A DNA stretch of 59,542 nucleotides from Actinomycetaceae bacterium (GTDB lineage Bacteria > Actinomycetota > Actinomycetes > Actinomycetales > Actinomycetaceae): assembly GCA_015062745.1 (NCBI GenBank), contig SUUB01000003.1, positions 52,245-111,786 of the forward strand, given 5' to 3'. A program made the position numbers and the translations under genes. Below, in pieces: positions 43,244 through 52,627 of this stretch. The notes under the pieces are model-generated. The model had not been told where the DNA came from. It searched no databases and was given only the letters and a program-made list of their open reading frames with translations. Numbering within the stretch: position 1 is the stretch's first letter; each line of letters starts with the position of its first letter.

Positions 43244-43999
43244 CTAGCGCATTTCGATCTCCACGTTTTCCGTCAGAAGTGCGCGATACAGATGTGAAAC
43301 CAGAGCAGAAGTCTCGGCCGCCTGCGCAATGGCCCGCTCCCCCGCTGCCGGAGATGTTCGCACGGGTTGAGATACCAGGGAATTCGTGATCATCACCGCA
43401 TGTGCGTGCGCGGATGTTCGGATTGTCCTGATCTGACGTAAGTCGTATCCCGCCTGCCGTAGCAGAGAGGCCAACCGCACAATCTCCGGCGCCTGAGCGG
43501 TCAACCGCCCCCGCGAATCCGCCTTGAGGATCCCCGCCTCGAGCATCTCATCAATCTCGGCCACCGAGACGCCTGTGAGCTCGGACACCTCGGCCAGACG
43601 TAGCCTGGTTCCAGGCTGTGGACGGCGCAACTCGCCGTCGTCGATAACACGCATACGCCCCGGATGTACGTCCACCGGTTGTTCGCCGGCGTCCAACTGC
43701 CGGAGCAACTCACCGATCTGGCTCAGCGGCAGATAGCGGTCGCGTTGCTCCGTCAATATGAACCGCAAGCGCTCAATATCAGCTTCGGAAAACAGACGCT
43801 GATTGGATGCAGTGCGATGCGGATGAATGAGTTCGATGGACTCGTAGTGGCGGATCTTGGATACCGTCAGCAAAGGGAAGTCTCCCGCCAGCCGAGAGCG
43901 CACCTCACCGATCTTGAGTACCGGATCATGCGAAAGGTCCTGCGGCCACGTCAACGGCTCCTGGGATGAACGTGCCGCACGCGACGCGGCCCGGATCAT
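43244..43999 (-). CDS. MerR-family regulator (Rv1828/FtsR-like)
   Basis: IGEV...L..DFP..TVSKIR, P.RTASN.RLFS..DIERLRFIL..QRD.YLPL; downstream of the FHA gene. Confidence 0.88.
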   Translation of the reverse strand: MIRAASRAARSSQEPLTWPQDLSHDPVLKIGEVRSRLAGDFPLLTVSKIRHYESIELIHPHRTASNQRLFSEADIERLRFILTEQRDRYLPLSQIGELLRQLDAGEQPVDVHPGRMRVIDDGELRRPQPGTRLRLAEVSELTGVSVAEIDEMLEAGILKADSRGRLTAQAPEIVRLASLLRQAGYDLRQIRTIRTSAHAHAVMITNSLVSQPVRTSPAAGERAIAQAAETSALVSHLYRALLTENVEIEMR

Positions 44000-44457
44000 G
44001 CGTTGGCCCGTGACGGGTAGAAGGTCAGCCGGAACTTTCCGATCTGAATCTCGTCGCCGGTGTGGAGGATGCAGTCATCGACCCTCTCGCGATTCACATA
44101 GGTGCCATTGAGCGATCCGGAGTCACGCACGCGGAATACGTTCCCCTCTCGGATGAAACGCGCATGTTTCCGGGAGACCGTGAAATCGTCGAGGAAAATA
44201 TCCGTATGCGGGTGCCGCCCCGCATAGGTCTCATCCGAGTTCAAAAGAAAGCGTGCCCCCGAGTTGGGCCCGGACAATGCAATCAGCAACGCCGACCCCG
44301 TCGGCAGCGAGTCAATTGCCGCAATCTCCTCCGGCTTCAGCCCTCGCCGCGAATCCGAATCGCCAAGCTCAGGACCAGAGCCAAGGGCGGTAAACCGGGA
44401 CGTTGCGGTAGGGTCAACATTGCCCGATAAACGCTGTGGGTCGAACTGCTCGGACAT
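43996..44457 (-). CDS. garA: FHA-domain protein, GarA/OdhI-like
   Basis: GPNSGARFLL, GRHP..DIFLDD.TVSRKHA, GSLNGTYVNR; ATG 44457 with a purine-rich RBS. Confidence 0.88.
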   Translation of the reverse strand: MSEQFDPQRLSGNVDPTATSRFTALGSGPELGDSDSRRGLKPEEIAAIDSLPTGSALLIALSGPNSGARFLLNSDETYAGRHPHTDIFLDDFTVSRKHARFIREGNVFRVRDSGSLNGTYVNRERVDDCILHTGDEIQIGKFRLTFYPSRANA

Positions 44458-44716
44458 TTGTGCCCCTTTTCTCCTCCTTGAGGCGCGCCTTCCTCGCCTC
44501 GAGTAACAATCGTATAACGGACAAGGGCCCGAGGCCAATACAGATAGACAGTTTTCGTTATGAGCCCATTCCGCCATGCGAAGTGAGAACTTTCCCAGTA
44601 CGGCTTTCCAATACGACTTCTTTCCTGCAAGCTCATCCTCGTGGCATCCAGACCCGTCGCTGGTTCGCACTTGGAGTGATCGCCCCCGATGGTGTAATCT
44701 ACTTCAGTCAACACGA

Positions 44717-44793
<77 letters not shown>

Positions 44794-45667
44794 AAGCTCT
44801 TGCAACCATGCATAAACGACGCCGAGTGAACTCGGCAACTCCCCTCCCCGACGCCGCAGCAGCCGCCGCCCGGGCGGATCACGGCGGACCGCTGCTCCTC
44901 TTACCGACTGACTTCCGTCTGACCGACTTACATCCGGTCACACCGCGCCCGGTAGCTACCCACTCGCTTACGGTCCGACGCCACCTACCATTTCGCGGCC
45001 GGGTCGAGTTCCTAGACCGGTGTCAAAGGTTTGCGATCCCAGCGAAGGTTTTTACCGGTTCTCCGGTTCGGGGCTGTGTCAGGCCCCATCGTGGTCCGCG
45101 CGTCTTCACGCGTGGGATATACGCGGGCGCACGCCGCATAGCGTCTTCGATCTAGATTGGCGCCCAATGTTCTGGGACAACCGCGATCTGGCCGTCGATC
45201 GTTACGCCAAGGCTCTCGAGTGCTCTACCGATACGCCAACCGAGGACGAGATCGCGACGGTGCACGACGCCGGAACTGCAGATGTTCTCGGCACCTGGGT
45301 CGCCCGCAGCTAAGTAGTACGGCAGAGACTAGACACCGGGCTCGGCGGCCGCGACCGGACGTAGAGCCCCATCCGGGTGCGGGCTCTACTCGGGCGGAGC
45401 CGTTGGCGGCCCGTTCGTGACGTGGTAGGCGTAATCAGGCTCGCCTCACGCAGAACCAAACGTGTTTGGCGCATGTCTGGTGGCGTAACTCACTCCCCCG
45501 TTGCCACGGATGTGCCCCGGTTGGCCGCCTGCCGTATGGCAAATGTATCGGCTTCTTCGGTAAGGTCCTCCCCGTAGGGTAACTAAGCCGCAACCGCAGC
45601 ACCCGCTCCTGTCATCGCTGGCAATCCGTTGCAGGTGCATCCGCGTGCGGCCTGTACAGGAGGACTG

Positions 45668-48600
45668 ATGTCTGCAATCGCAAAACGTGACGCTCTGGTG
45701 CCCCGGATCCTGCCGCGCGTCTTATACGTAATTGCGGTACTCGCCCTGGTGGACAGCCTACTCGGCTTCCTCCCCGGAACGCCTATTCTCGACTTCGTCT
45801 TCACGTGGATTATCCCCCTTCCACTGATCGACTGGTTCTCCGGACTCTTGACGCTCATTCTGGCGCTCGGATTGGAACGGCGGAAGCGTATCGCATGGAT
45901 CGCAATGATGATCTTCACGGCGCTATCGCTTGTCCTGTACGGCTTATCCCTGGTTGCGTTCATCATCGACCCGGAGGAGGCATGGCTGACTTGTGCGCTC
46001 GCCTTGAACGTCTGCTTCCTGGTGGCAGTCTTGGCCCTCCTCATAGCCAATCGTCGCTTTTACCGAGTGCGTTCCCAGCCGGGAAATATCCGACGCGCCC
46101 TTGTGTTCTTCCTTGGCGCATTTTTCGGACTGGCCGCTGCAGCCCTTCTCACTGTGCTAATACTGCTGGGCCGTGAGCACTTCGACCAAGTCTTCAACCC
46201 GCACGCTTGGCCGGATTGGCTTCTCAGCTTGCTCGGTTTCGGCTGGGCCTTGAGCTTCGTCATTGCCCTGTGGCTCATGCTACGGTCGCAGCGAGAGTCA
46301 GCCCGGATGAGTGTGGATGAGGAAGCGCGGATACGCACACTGCTCGCCAAGTTCCCGTCCGACTCGCTTGGATACTTCGCCACTCGCCGCGATAAGTCGG
46401 TCCTGTTGACGCAGAATGGCGCAATAGCCTACCGGGTCTGTATGGGTGTCGCACTGGCCTCGGGTGATCCACTGGGTGACCCGTCGACGTGGCGTGCAAC
46501 CGTAAGAGCCTTTGTACAGCATGCTGCAGACTACGGTTGGACACCCGCCGTCATCGGCGCCTCCGAAGCGGGAGCACGCGCCTGGGTTGATGAGGAGTTC
46601 CACGCCCTCAACATTGGCGACGAGGCAATCTTGTACCCCGCACTCTTCCAGCTCGAATCGCTGCCGGACGTACGGCGCGTCGTGCGGCATATTTCCGAGC
46701 TCGGCTACACGGTGCAAATCCGACGCCACCGGAGCATTCCCAGTGGCGAGCTGCAGGCTTTGGCGTCGCTCGCCGACCACTGGCTCGACGGCGAGCCAGA
46801 ACGCGGCTTCTCCATGGCGCTCGGCCGCCTGGGAGACACGTCCGACGGCGAATGCGTGATGGTCGAGGCTCTCTTCCCCACCGGTGATCAACGGGGAAAG
46901 GTTGCAGCACTACTGTCCTTCGCGCCTTGGGGTGCAGACGGCCTCAGCCTTGATGTCATGAGACGCCACCCGCAAGCCGATAATGGAGTCACGGAACTCA
47001 TGGTGGCTTCCCTTATGCGCGAGGGACGTGAATTCGGCATAGGCCGCGTTTCTCTGAATTTCGCCATGTTCCGTTCCGCTCTCACCGACGGTGCGCGAAT
47101 CGGCGCGGGGCCAATACTGCGCAAATGGCGTCGCCTCCTGCTAGTAGCCTCCCGCTGGTGGCAAATCGACTCGCTGTATCGCTCCAACGCGAAGTACAAC
47201 CCGCAGTGGTCTCCCCGTCTGATCTGCTATCCAGACGGAAACGACCTACTGCGTGTTTCCCTCGCCATGGGAGTGGCCGAGGGCTTCATTAGCCTGCCCG
47301 ATCGATTCATCGGCGAGCCGAGTACGCAACCGCGGCGAAATCCGCAGCAGTCGGCACAGTTGCAGGCTATTACCGCCGGATCAGTCGGGGACGCGCCGAC
47401 GTCGTCGCCGCGGCGTCCCGCGCAGATCGCCTCCCGCCTAGAATCCCGAGAGGCCATGCTCTCCACCGGTCTCGATCCATATCCGCCGTCGGTGGCCGTC
47501 AGTGCCACCTGTGCGCAAGCCGATGGGCGGTGCACCGTCGCCGGACGTGTGATGGCGGTGCGCGACCACGGCGGCGTCCTCTTTGCAGACCTGCGAGATC
47601 GTACGGGTGATCTACAAGCCCTACTCGAGGTGTCTACAACCGGCGACGACGTCGCGCAGTTCAGGCGGTTCGTTCGGGCAGGAGACCAGGTCGCGGTGAC
47701 GGGCGTCATCGGCGCATCACGCACCGGCACACGCAGTTTACTGGCCGAGACGTGGCAGATGACATCGAAGGCACTGCGATCGCTGCCGAATAAGCACCAA
47801 GGAATCCGTGACGCGCAGACGCGTGTGCGGCAGCGGCACCTCGCGCTGATCGTAAGCCCCAAGGACCGTTCCATGGTCGTGACACGTTCCACGGCCATTC
47901 AGGCCATTCGCCACGAGCTCCTCGCGCGTGAGTATCTCGAGGTCGAGACGCCCATTTTGCAAACGGTGCATGGAGGAGCGAACGCTCGACCCTTCATCAC
48001 CCATATCAACGCTTACGGTCTTGATCTCTACCTGCGTATCGCTCCCGAGTTGTATCTCAAACGCCTAATGGTCGGCGGCATGGAACGCGTCTTCGAGATC
48101 GGCCGTAACTTCCGCAATGAAGGCGCCGACGCCACACACAACCCCGAGTTCACCATGCTTGAGGCCTACCAGGCGCACGCCGATTACAACGTCATGAAGG
48201 ATGTCGCGCGTGATCTCGTCATCTCCGCTGCACAGGCAGCCCTCGGTACTACGGTCATACGCGGCAAGGTCGCTGGAGTCACACATGAAATCGATCTTGC
48301 CGCCCCGTGGCACACGGTGAGCGTTTGCGATGCGGTCTCCGCGGCTCTCGGAGAACCGGTGGGAACCGACACGCCTGTTGAAGTTCTCTCCGCTCACGCT
48401 GGAAGCCTCGGTATCCCCAATACCTCTGGAATGAACTGGGGGGCAGTGATGCAAGAACTCTATGAGCATCTGGCAGAGTCCACGACGGTTGGCCCCACCT
48501 TCTTCACCGACTTTCCTGCGGATACGTCACCACTGACACGGCCCCACCGTGAAGACAACCGACTCGCGGAGCGCTGGGACCTCATCATTTTCGGCTCCGA

Positions 48601-48850
48601 GGTAGGAACCGCCTATTCGGAACTCGTCGATCCGGTCATACAACGCCAGCGGCTCACCGCGCAGTCGCTTGCTGCCGCCGGCGGTGATCCAGAAGCAATG
48701 GAACTCGACGAGGACTTTTTGGCCGCCCTTGAACAGGGAATGCCGCCCTCCGGCGGCTTGGGAATGGGACTTGATCGTCTCGTCATGACGTTGACCGGTG
48801 CTTCTATTCGCGAGACACTCACCTTCCCTCTCGTCAGGCCCAACCGATGA
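45668..48850 (+). CDS. lysX: Bifunctional lysylphosphatidylglycerol synthase / lysine-tRNA ligase
   Basis: N-terminal TMs; DUF2156 domain (DSLGYFATRRDK, ERGFSMALGRLG, SLDVMRR, SLNFA); OB fold; class II LysRS motifs (LRIAPELYLKRL, FRNEG, GMGLDRL). Confidence 0.95.
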   Translation: MSAIAKRDALVPRILPRVLYVIAVLALVDSLLGFLPGTPILDFVFTWIIPLPLIDWFSGLLTLILALGLERRKRIAWIAMMIFTALSLVLYGLSLVAFIIDPEEAWLTCALALNVCFLVAVLALLIANRRFYRVRSQPGNIRRALVFFLGAFFGLAAAALLTVLILLGREHFDQVFNPHAWPDWLLSLLGFGWALSFVIALWLMLRSQRESARMSVDEEARIRTLLAKFPSDSLGYFATRRDKSVLLTQNGAIAYRVCMGVALASGDPLGDPSTWRATVRAFVQHAADYGWTPAVIGASEAGARAWVDEEFHALNIGDEAILYPALFQLESLPDVRRVVRHISELGYTVQIRRHRSIPSGELQALASLADHWLDGEPERGFSMALGRLGDTSDGECVMVEALFPTGDQRGKVAALLSFAPWGADGLSLDVMRRHPQADNGVTELMVASLMREGREFGIGRVSLNFAMFRSALTDGARIGAGPILRKWRRLLLVASRWWQIDSLYRSNAKYNPQWSPRLICYPDGNDLLRVSLAMGVAEGFISLPDRFIGEPSTQPRRNPQQSAQLQAITAGSVGDAPTSSPRRPAQIASRLESREAMLSTGLDPYPPSVAVSATCAQADGRCTVAGRVMAVRDHGGVLFADLRDRTGDLQALLEVSTTGDDVAQFRRFVRAGDQVAVTGVIGASRTGTRSLLAETWQMTSKALRSLPNKHQGIRDAQTRVRQRHLALIVSPKDRSMVVTRSTAIQAIRHELLAREYLEVETPILQTVHGGANARPFITHINAYGLDLYLRIAPELYLKRLMVGGMERVFEIGRNFRNEGADATHNPEFTMLEAYQAHADYNVMKDVARDLVISAAQAALGTTVIRGKVAGVTHEIDLAAPWHTVSVCDAVSAALGEPVGTDTPVEVLSAHAGSLGIPNTSGMNWGAVMQELYEHLAESTTVGPTFFTDFPADTSPLTRPHREDNRLAERWDLIIFGSEVGTAYSELVDPVIQRQRLTAQSLAAAGGDPEAMELDEDFLAALEQGMPPSGGLGMGLDRLVMTLTGASIRETLTFPLVRPNR

Positions 48851-49599
48851 GATACGGTCGCTACGCACTGGCGATCCTGGCTTTCGTCGCCTATAACAGC
48901 TGGGTGCTGTGGCCTCTGAACGGCGACCCGGAGGCAATCCTCGGGTACCTGTCCGAGCTGGCGGCCGGCGATCAGCCCTACCATTGGTTGTTCCGAGGTT
49001 GTGATCTGCTCGCCGCCTCGATTTTCGCCATTATCGCCCTGCTCGGATGGCGGGGCTGGGCGGGGTGGCTCGGACGGCGTGCCCCACAGGTGGCCGTTGC
49101 CCTGCTGACCGTCGCGGTAGCAACGGTATTCGACGTCACGTTCAATCTGCCATGCGCCGAGAGCCGTGATGCGGTGTGTAAGGCTACTCCCTTCGCCGTG
49201 CGCCATGTTCATGAGGCCGCATCGGTTATTGTTGGCCTCGCCCTGGTGGCACTCATCGGTCTGGTTGCTATCGCCTTCGCCGAACAGGACGGCCGGCGGG
49301 GCCGGGCCTGCTGGGTAGCGGCATTCGGCCTGCTCGTTGCGGCTCTTCTACTCGCCAGCGCCATCTTGCCCGCATTTCTGCCCCTGACGCAGGGACCGGT
49401 GCAGGCCGTTCAGGTACTGCTATGCTCGGGCTGGATCGCCTACCTGGCCGTGCATCTGTCGGAAGGCCGCAGCGCCGCAGCGATTCGCGGCACGCCGGAG
49501 AATCTCGGCACGCCAGCAAATCGCAACACTGCTGAAAACTCCGGCAAACCGGGGAGCGACCATTCATCGAGTGATAACCCTAGGATGGGCCGCCCATGA
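48847..49599 (+). CDS. DUF998-like membrane protein
   Basis: YNSWVL, YLSELAA.DQP...LFR..D, LPCA....C, multiple TMs; ATGA overlap with lysX. Confidence 0.7.
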   Translation: MRYGRYALAILAFVAYNSWVLWPLNGDPEAILGYLSELAAGDQPYHWLFRGCDLLAASIFAIIALLGWRGWAGWLGRRAPQVAVALLTVAVATVFDVTFNLPCAESRDAVCKATPFAVRHVHEAASVIVGLALVALIGLVAIAFAEQDGRRGRACWVAAFGLLVAALLLASAILPAFLPLTQGPVQAVQVLLCSGWIAYLAVHLSEGRSAAAIRGTPENLGTPANRNTAENSGKPGSDHSSSDNPRMGRP

Positions 49600-50528
49600 C
49601 TGGACTGACGAGTGCGCACAACGCGCCGCGTGAGATGCGCTATCCGAGCGGACACACCGTTCATATACACCACGCCGAGGGCGAAACCACGAGGGATCTG
49701 TCGCACACCTATGCGCAGGCCTCCCCGACCTCGGCGGCCAATGTGCCGAGTCCCGCAGGCAGAATCAGACCAACCGCCCTTCTGCTCAGTGGCTGTGGTT
49801 TAGGGTCGGCTTGCTGGGACCAGGTTGTTGCCGCTCTTCCCGACTGGAGGATTATCACGGTGGACCGGCCCGGTCGTCTGGGCACCTCATGCGATGCCTT
49901 CCCATCGTTGGCCGCCGAGACCCGTTTTGTGCGTGAGCTTCTCGAGAATGAGGGAAGCGCCGTCGTCGTCGCGCACTCGATGGCATCGTTTCAGGCCGAG
50001 GCCCTGGCGCGTCTCGTTCCCCACCTCGTCACCGCAGTGGTGCTCGTAGATCCTTCTGCGGCTCCTTCGAACGCTCACCATTCCCGTGTAGCACCGCGCC
50101 TGAGCGTGCTGGCGGCTCAACTGACGTGCCTTGGCCCTCTCCTCCGCTTAGCATCGGCTCTCTGGCGGGCCGGCCTCAAGGCACAAACGCAGCATCCGGA
50201 GCTTATCGATACCGCCCGCTGGATCCCCACGTGGAATAACCGGCCCGCACTTGTAGCAACTCTCAAGGAGGCCCTCGCGTTCCGCAGCCAGGCCGCCGAT
50301 CTTCTCATGTTGCGACATCGTCAGGGCACCGCAGCACCGGTGCGTGCGATCGTACTGGAAGCGTCCCCGTATACCTCCACCAGAGCGTGGAAGGCGCTCC
50401 TCGCATCCTTCCGCGATGCACATGTCCGCCGCGTGCAATCTCGCCATCTCATGATGCTTGACGCGCCGGAGACCATCGCCGATAGCGTCACAAACATCGG
50501 CAATCCGGGCACTTCGTGGCGAGGGTAA
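49596..50528 (+). CDS. Alpha/beta hydrolase
   Basis: DRPG.LG, AHSMA nucleophile elbow, VLVDPS, HLMMLDAP; ATGA overlap. Confidence 0.85.
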   Translation: MTGLTSAHNAPREMRYPSGHTVHIHHAEGETTRDLSHTYAQASPTSAANVPSPAGRIRPTALLLSGCGLGSACWDQVVAALPDWRIITVDRPGRLGTSCDAFPSLAAETRFVRELLENEGSAVVVAHSMASFQAEALARLVPHLVTAVVLVDPSAAPSNAHHSRVAPRLSVLAAQLTCLGPLLRLASALWRAGLKAQTQHPELIDTARWIPTWNNRPALVATLKEALAFRSQAADLLMLRHRQGTAAPVRAIVLEASPYTSTRAWKALLASFRDAHVRRVQSRHLMMLDAPETIADSVTNIGNPGTSWRG

Positions 50529-50582
50529 GGCTGACCACGCGGCCGGGGGTCGCGGCGACGTCCAACCCGGTTTCGTGCCTCA

Positions 50583-50636
50583 AGGGCGGAATGTGTTCGA
50601 GGCGTCAAGAGGGCGGAGTGTGTTCGAGGCGTCAAG
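50583..50636. repeat. 27-bp tandem duplication (2 copies, 1 mismatch)
   Basis: AGGGCGGA(A/G)TGTGTTCGAGGCGTCAAG x2. Confidence 0.9.
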
Positions 50637-50667
50637 TCTGGTAGGGGTGGAAGCAGTATCTTGACCG

Positions 50668-51390
50668 TCACTCCCGAGGGCCAGACAGCGGACCATCTAC
50701 CCAGGCGATCTCGCCTTCAGTCAGTTCAGGGAAGGCTTCCCCGCTCACGATCATATCGGCACGTTCCCACGGCTTATCGGCAGCGAAGAAGGGACGCTCG
50801 GCCCGCATCCAAGCCTTCCAAAACGCTATCGATTCCACCTCATTCCCGTTCGTGCCCGCGCGTATATCACGGCCAATACCACGTTCTTCTGCCGTATTCT
50901 CGTCCGTCTGTACTCACAGATGCGCGTCCACAAGATCGGCCACCGCTCGCATGCCCGATCCCGTACCCTCAACGATCACCATCGGCGTGCCGGCCGGTAT
51001 GCGAAGCGAGCCGGCTCGTCCGTGCCGCTGCCACGCCGGCGGGGTGAAGTCGAGCTCGCCCGTACCCTGCAATTGCCGGAGTGCCTGCCGGAGAACCTCA
51101 TCCCAGCCGCATAACGGCTCATTCCATGACAGATCATCGACATGAAGAATCGCTGCCCCCTGCTCCCGGGCCTGTAGCCGCGTGGCCAGAGTCGTCTTGC
51201 CGGAGCCCGAGCGTCCATCCACGGCGACGACGGCGGGTCGCCGCTGCGGTGTTCCGGTAAGAATCCGAATACGCTGCAGCAGTTCGTCCGGCGTGGTGAT
51301 GCCCCACGCGGCGACGGCCGGCTCGCAGGGTTGCAGCGTGATAGTCGCGGGTGTGTGGATCACCCGACTAAATGTTGGCACGAGGACCAT
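50668..51390 (-). pseudogene. Uridine-kinase-like P-loop protein with an in-frame TGA at 50914-50916 (start uncertain)
   Basis: AVDGRSGSGKTT, HVDD, IVEG; the frame continues past the stop as VQTD..AEERGIGRD...FWKAWMRAERPFFAADKPWERAD to a TGA at 50668. Confidence 0.85.
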
Positions 51391-51497
51391 GATAGGCCAA
51401 GCCGCGGTCAACAGATGCTCGGCACCACCGCAACGCAACCCTGCCACACACTGCCCGCGCGCCCTTGCTCGCCCTTAGGCGCGTCGGAAGAGACCAT

Positions 51498-52103
51498 CTA
51501 CGCGCCCCGCGAAGGCTTCGTCCACCGTAGCAGGTAGCGATAGTACAGTCCCCGGCGTATGCGTGCCCCTGGCAGGAGCTTGCGCGCCACAGCGCGGATT
51601 TGTGCCAGTGACTCCATCGGGTCCGCAACCGGCACATTCTCCGGGTAACTCTCGCGGTGAAGCCAGGAGCTTGTTCTTACCACGGGTACACGGACTCCTG
51701 CATGCACCCAGTCGATGGCGGATCGATTCGCAGCGACTCCTACCACAGCAAGGTCCCCGCCGGGCGCGAGCATATCCGCCGCGCGCGTTAACGCGGCAGA
51801 CAACGGCAGATGATGCACGCTGGCCACAAAGGTGATGAGTCCGAACTGCCGCTCGCTGCGGTAACACATGAAGTCCTCGGAGACGACGCTGACGTTCACC
51901 AGTTCAGAGAGTCGGCCGCGCGCCCGAGTGGCAGCGGTTTCGTCCACCTCGATACCGATGGCCGTGTGCATGATGGGAGCCAGACGTTGCAGGAGCAGAC
52001 CATCACCGCAACCGACATCTAGCAGATCTTCGTTCCGATGTGCCGCAGCAATGTTGGTAATCCATGGGTGATAGGCACTGTTGTGATTCCAGTAGGCCGC
52101 CAT
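51498..52103 (-). CDS. Class I SAM-dependent methyltransferase
   Basis: WNHN..YH, LDVGCGDG, ASVHH, L.PGG. Confidence 0.9.
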   Translation of the reverse strand: MAAYWNHNSAYHPWITNIAAAHRNEDLLDVGCGDGLLLQRLAPIMHTAIGIEVDETAATRARGRLSELVNVSVVSEDFMCYRSERQFGLITFVASVHHLPLSAALTRAADMLAPGGDLAVVGVAANRSAIDWVHAGVRVPVVRTSSWLHRESYPENVPVADPMESLAQIRAVARKLLPGARIRRGLYYRYLLRWTKPSRGA

Positions 52104-52185
52104 GACCCCACTCTAAATCCCCGCCTGCGGCAACGGAACTCCGCCCACCGTTTGAGTGCGAGGATGTTCCCACTGTTTGAAACTG

Positions 52186-52271
52186 TGCGCGGAGGGGGAC
52201 TTGAACCCCCACCCTCTAATACGAGGACTAGCACCTCAAGCTAGCGCGTCTGCCTATTCCGCCACCCGCGC
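52186..52271 (-). tRNA. tRNA-Leu(GAG)
   Basis: GCGCGGG...TCCGCGC-A; anticodon arm CTAGC-TTGAGGT-GCTAG; long variable arm; CCA not encoded. Confidence 0.96.
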
Positions 52272-52627
52272 AGATGACCGACGAGGCTGACGCCCCGAGC
52301 AACGAGTAAGAGGTTAGCACGTTGGCCGTTTCGACACCACCGACGATCGACCTGTGGCACTGTGAACTGCGTCGCCTCGGCCGCTTCTGGTCGGTGAGTG
52401 CGGACGCCGTTCGCCTTTGTTTCTGGCCTCCTGTTTGTTTCCGTGCCCTGCCTGTTTCTGTGCCCCACGTGTTTCCACGCCTCCCGCCGCCGTGCACGAC
52501 GTCCATGTCCTTAGCACAACCCCACGGCAGGCGAATGGAACGTTCCTTCGCGCTCACCCTGGCGCGACCGTTGCGGCGCTCTCTCGGCGCTACCCCCGGG
52601 TCACCTGTTGATATTAGACTACGACGT

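Noticed and set aside
45020-45420. Short ORFs downstream of tRNA-Pro
   Set aside because: No motifs or RBS; no integrase similarity recognised.
50914-50916. In-frame TGA as selenocysteine or an alternative genetic code
   Set aside because: The context suggests Trp rather than Cys, and TGA is used as a normal stop throughout the window.
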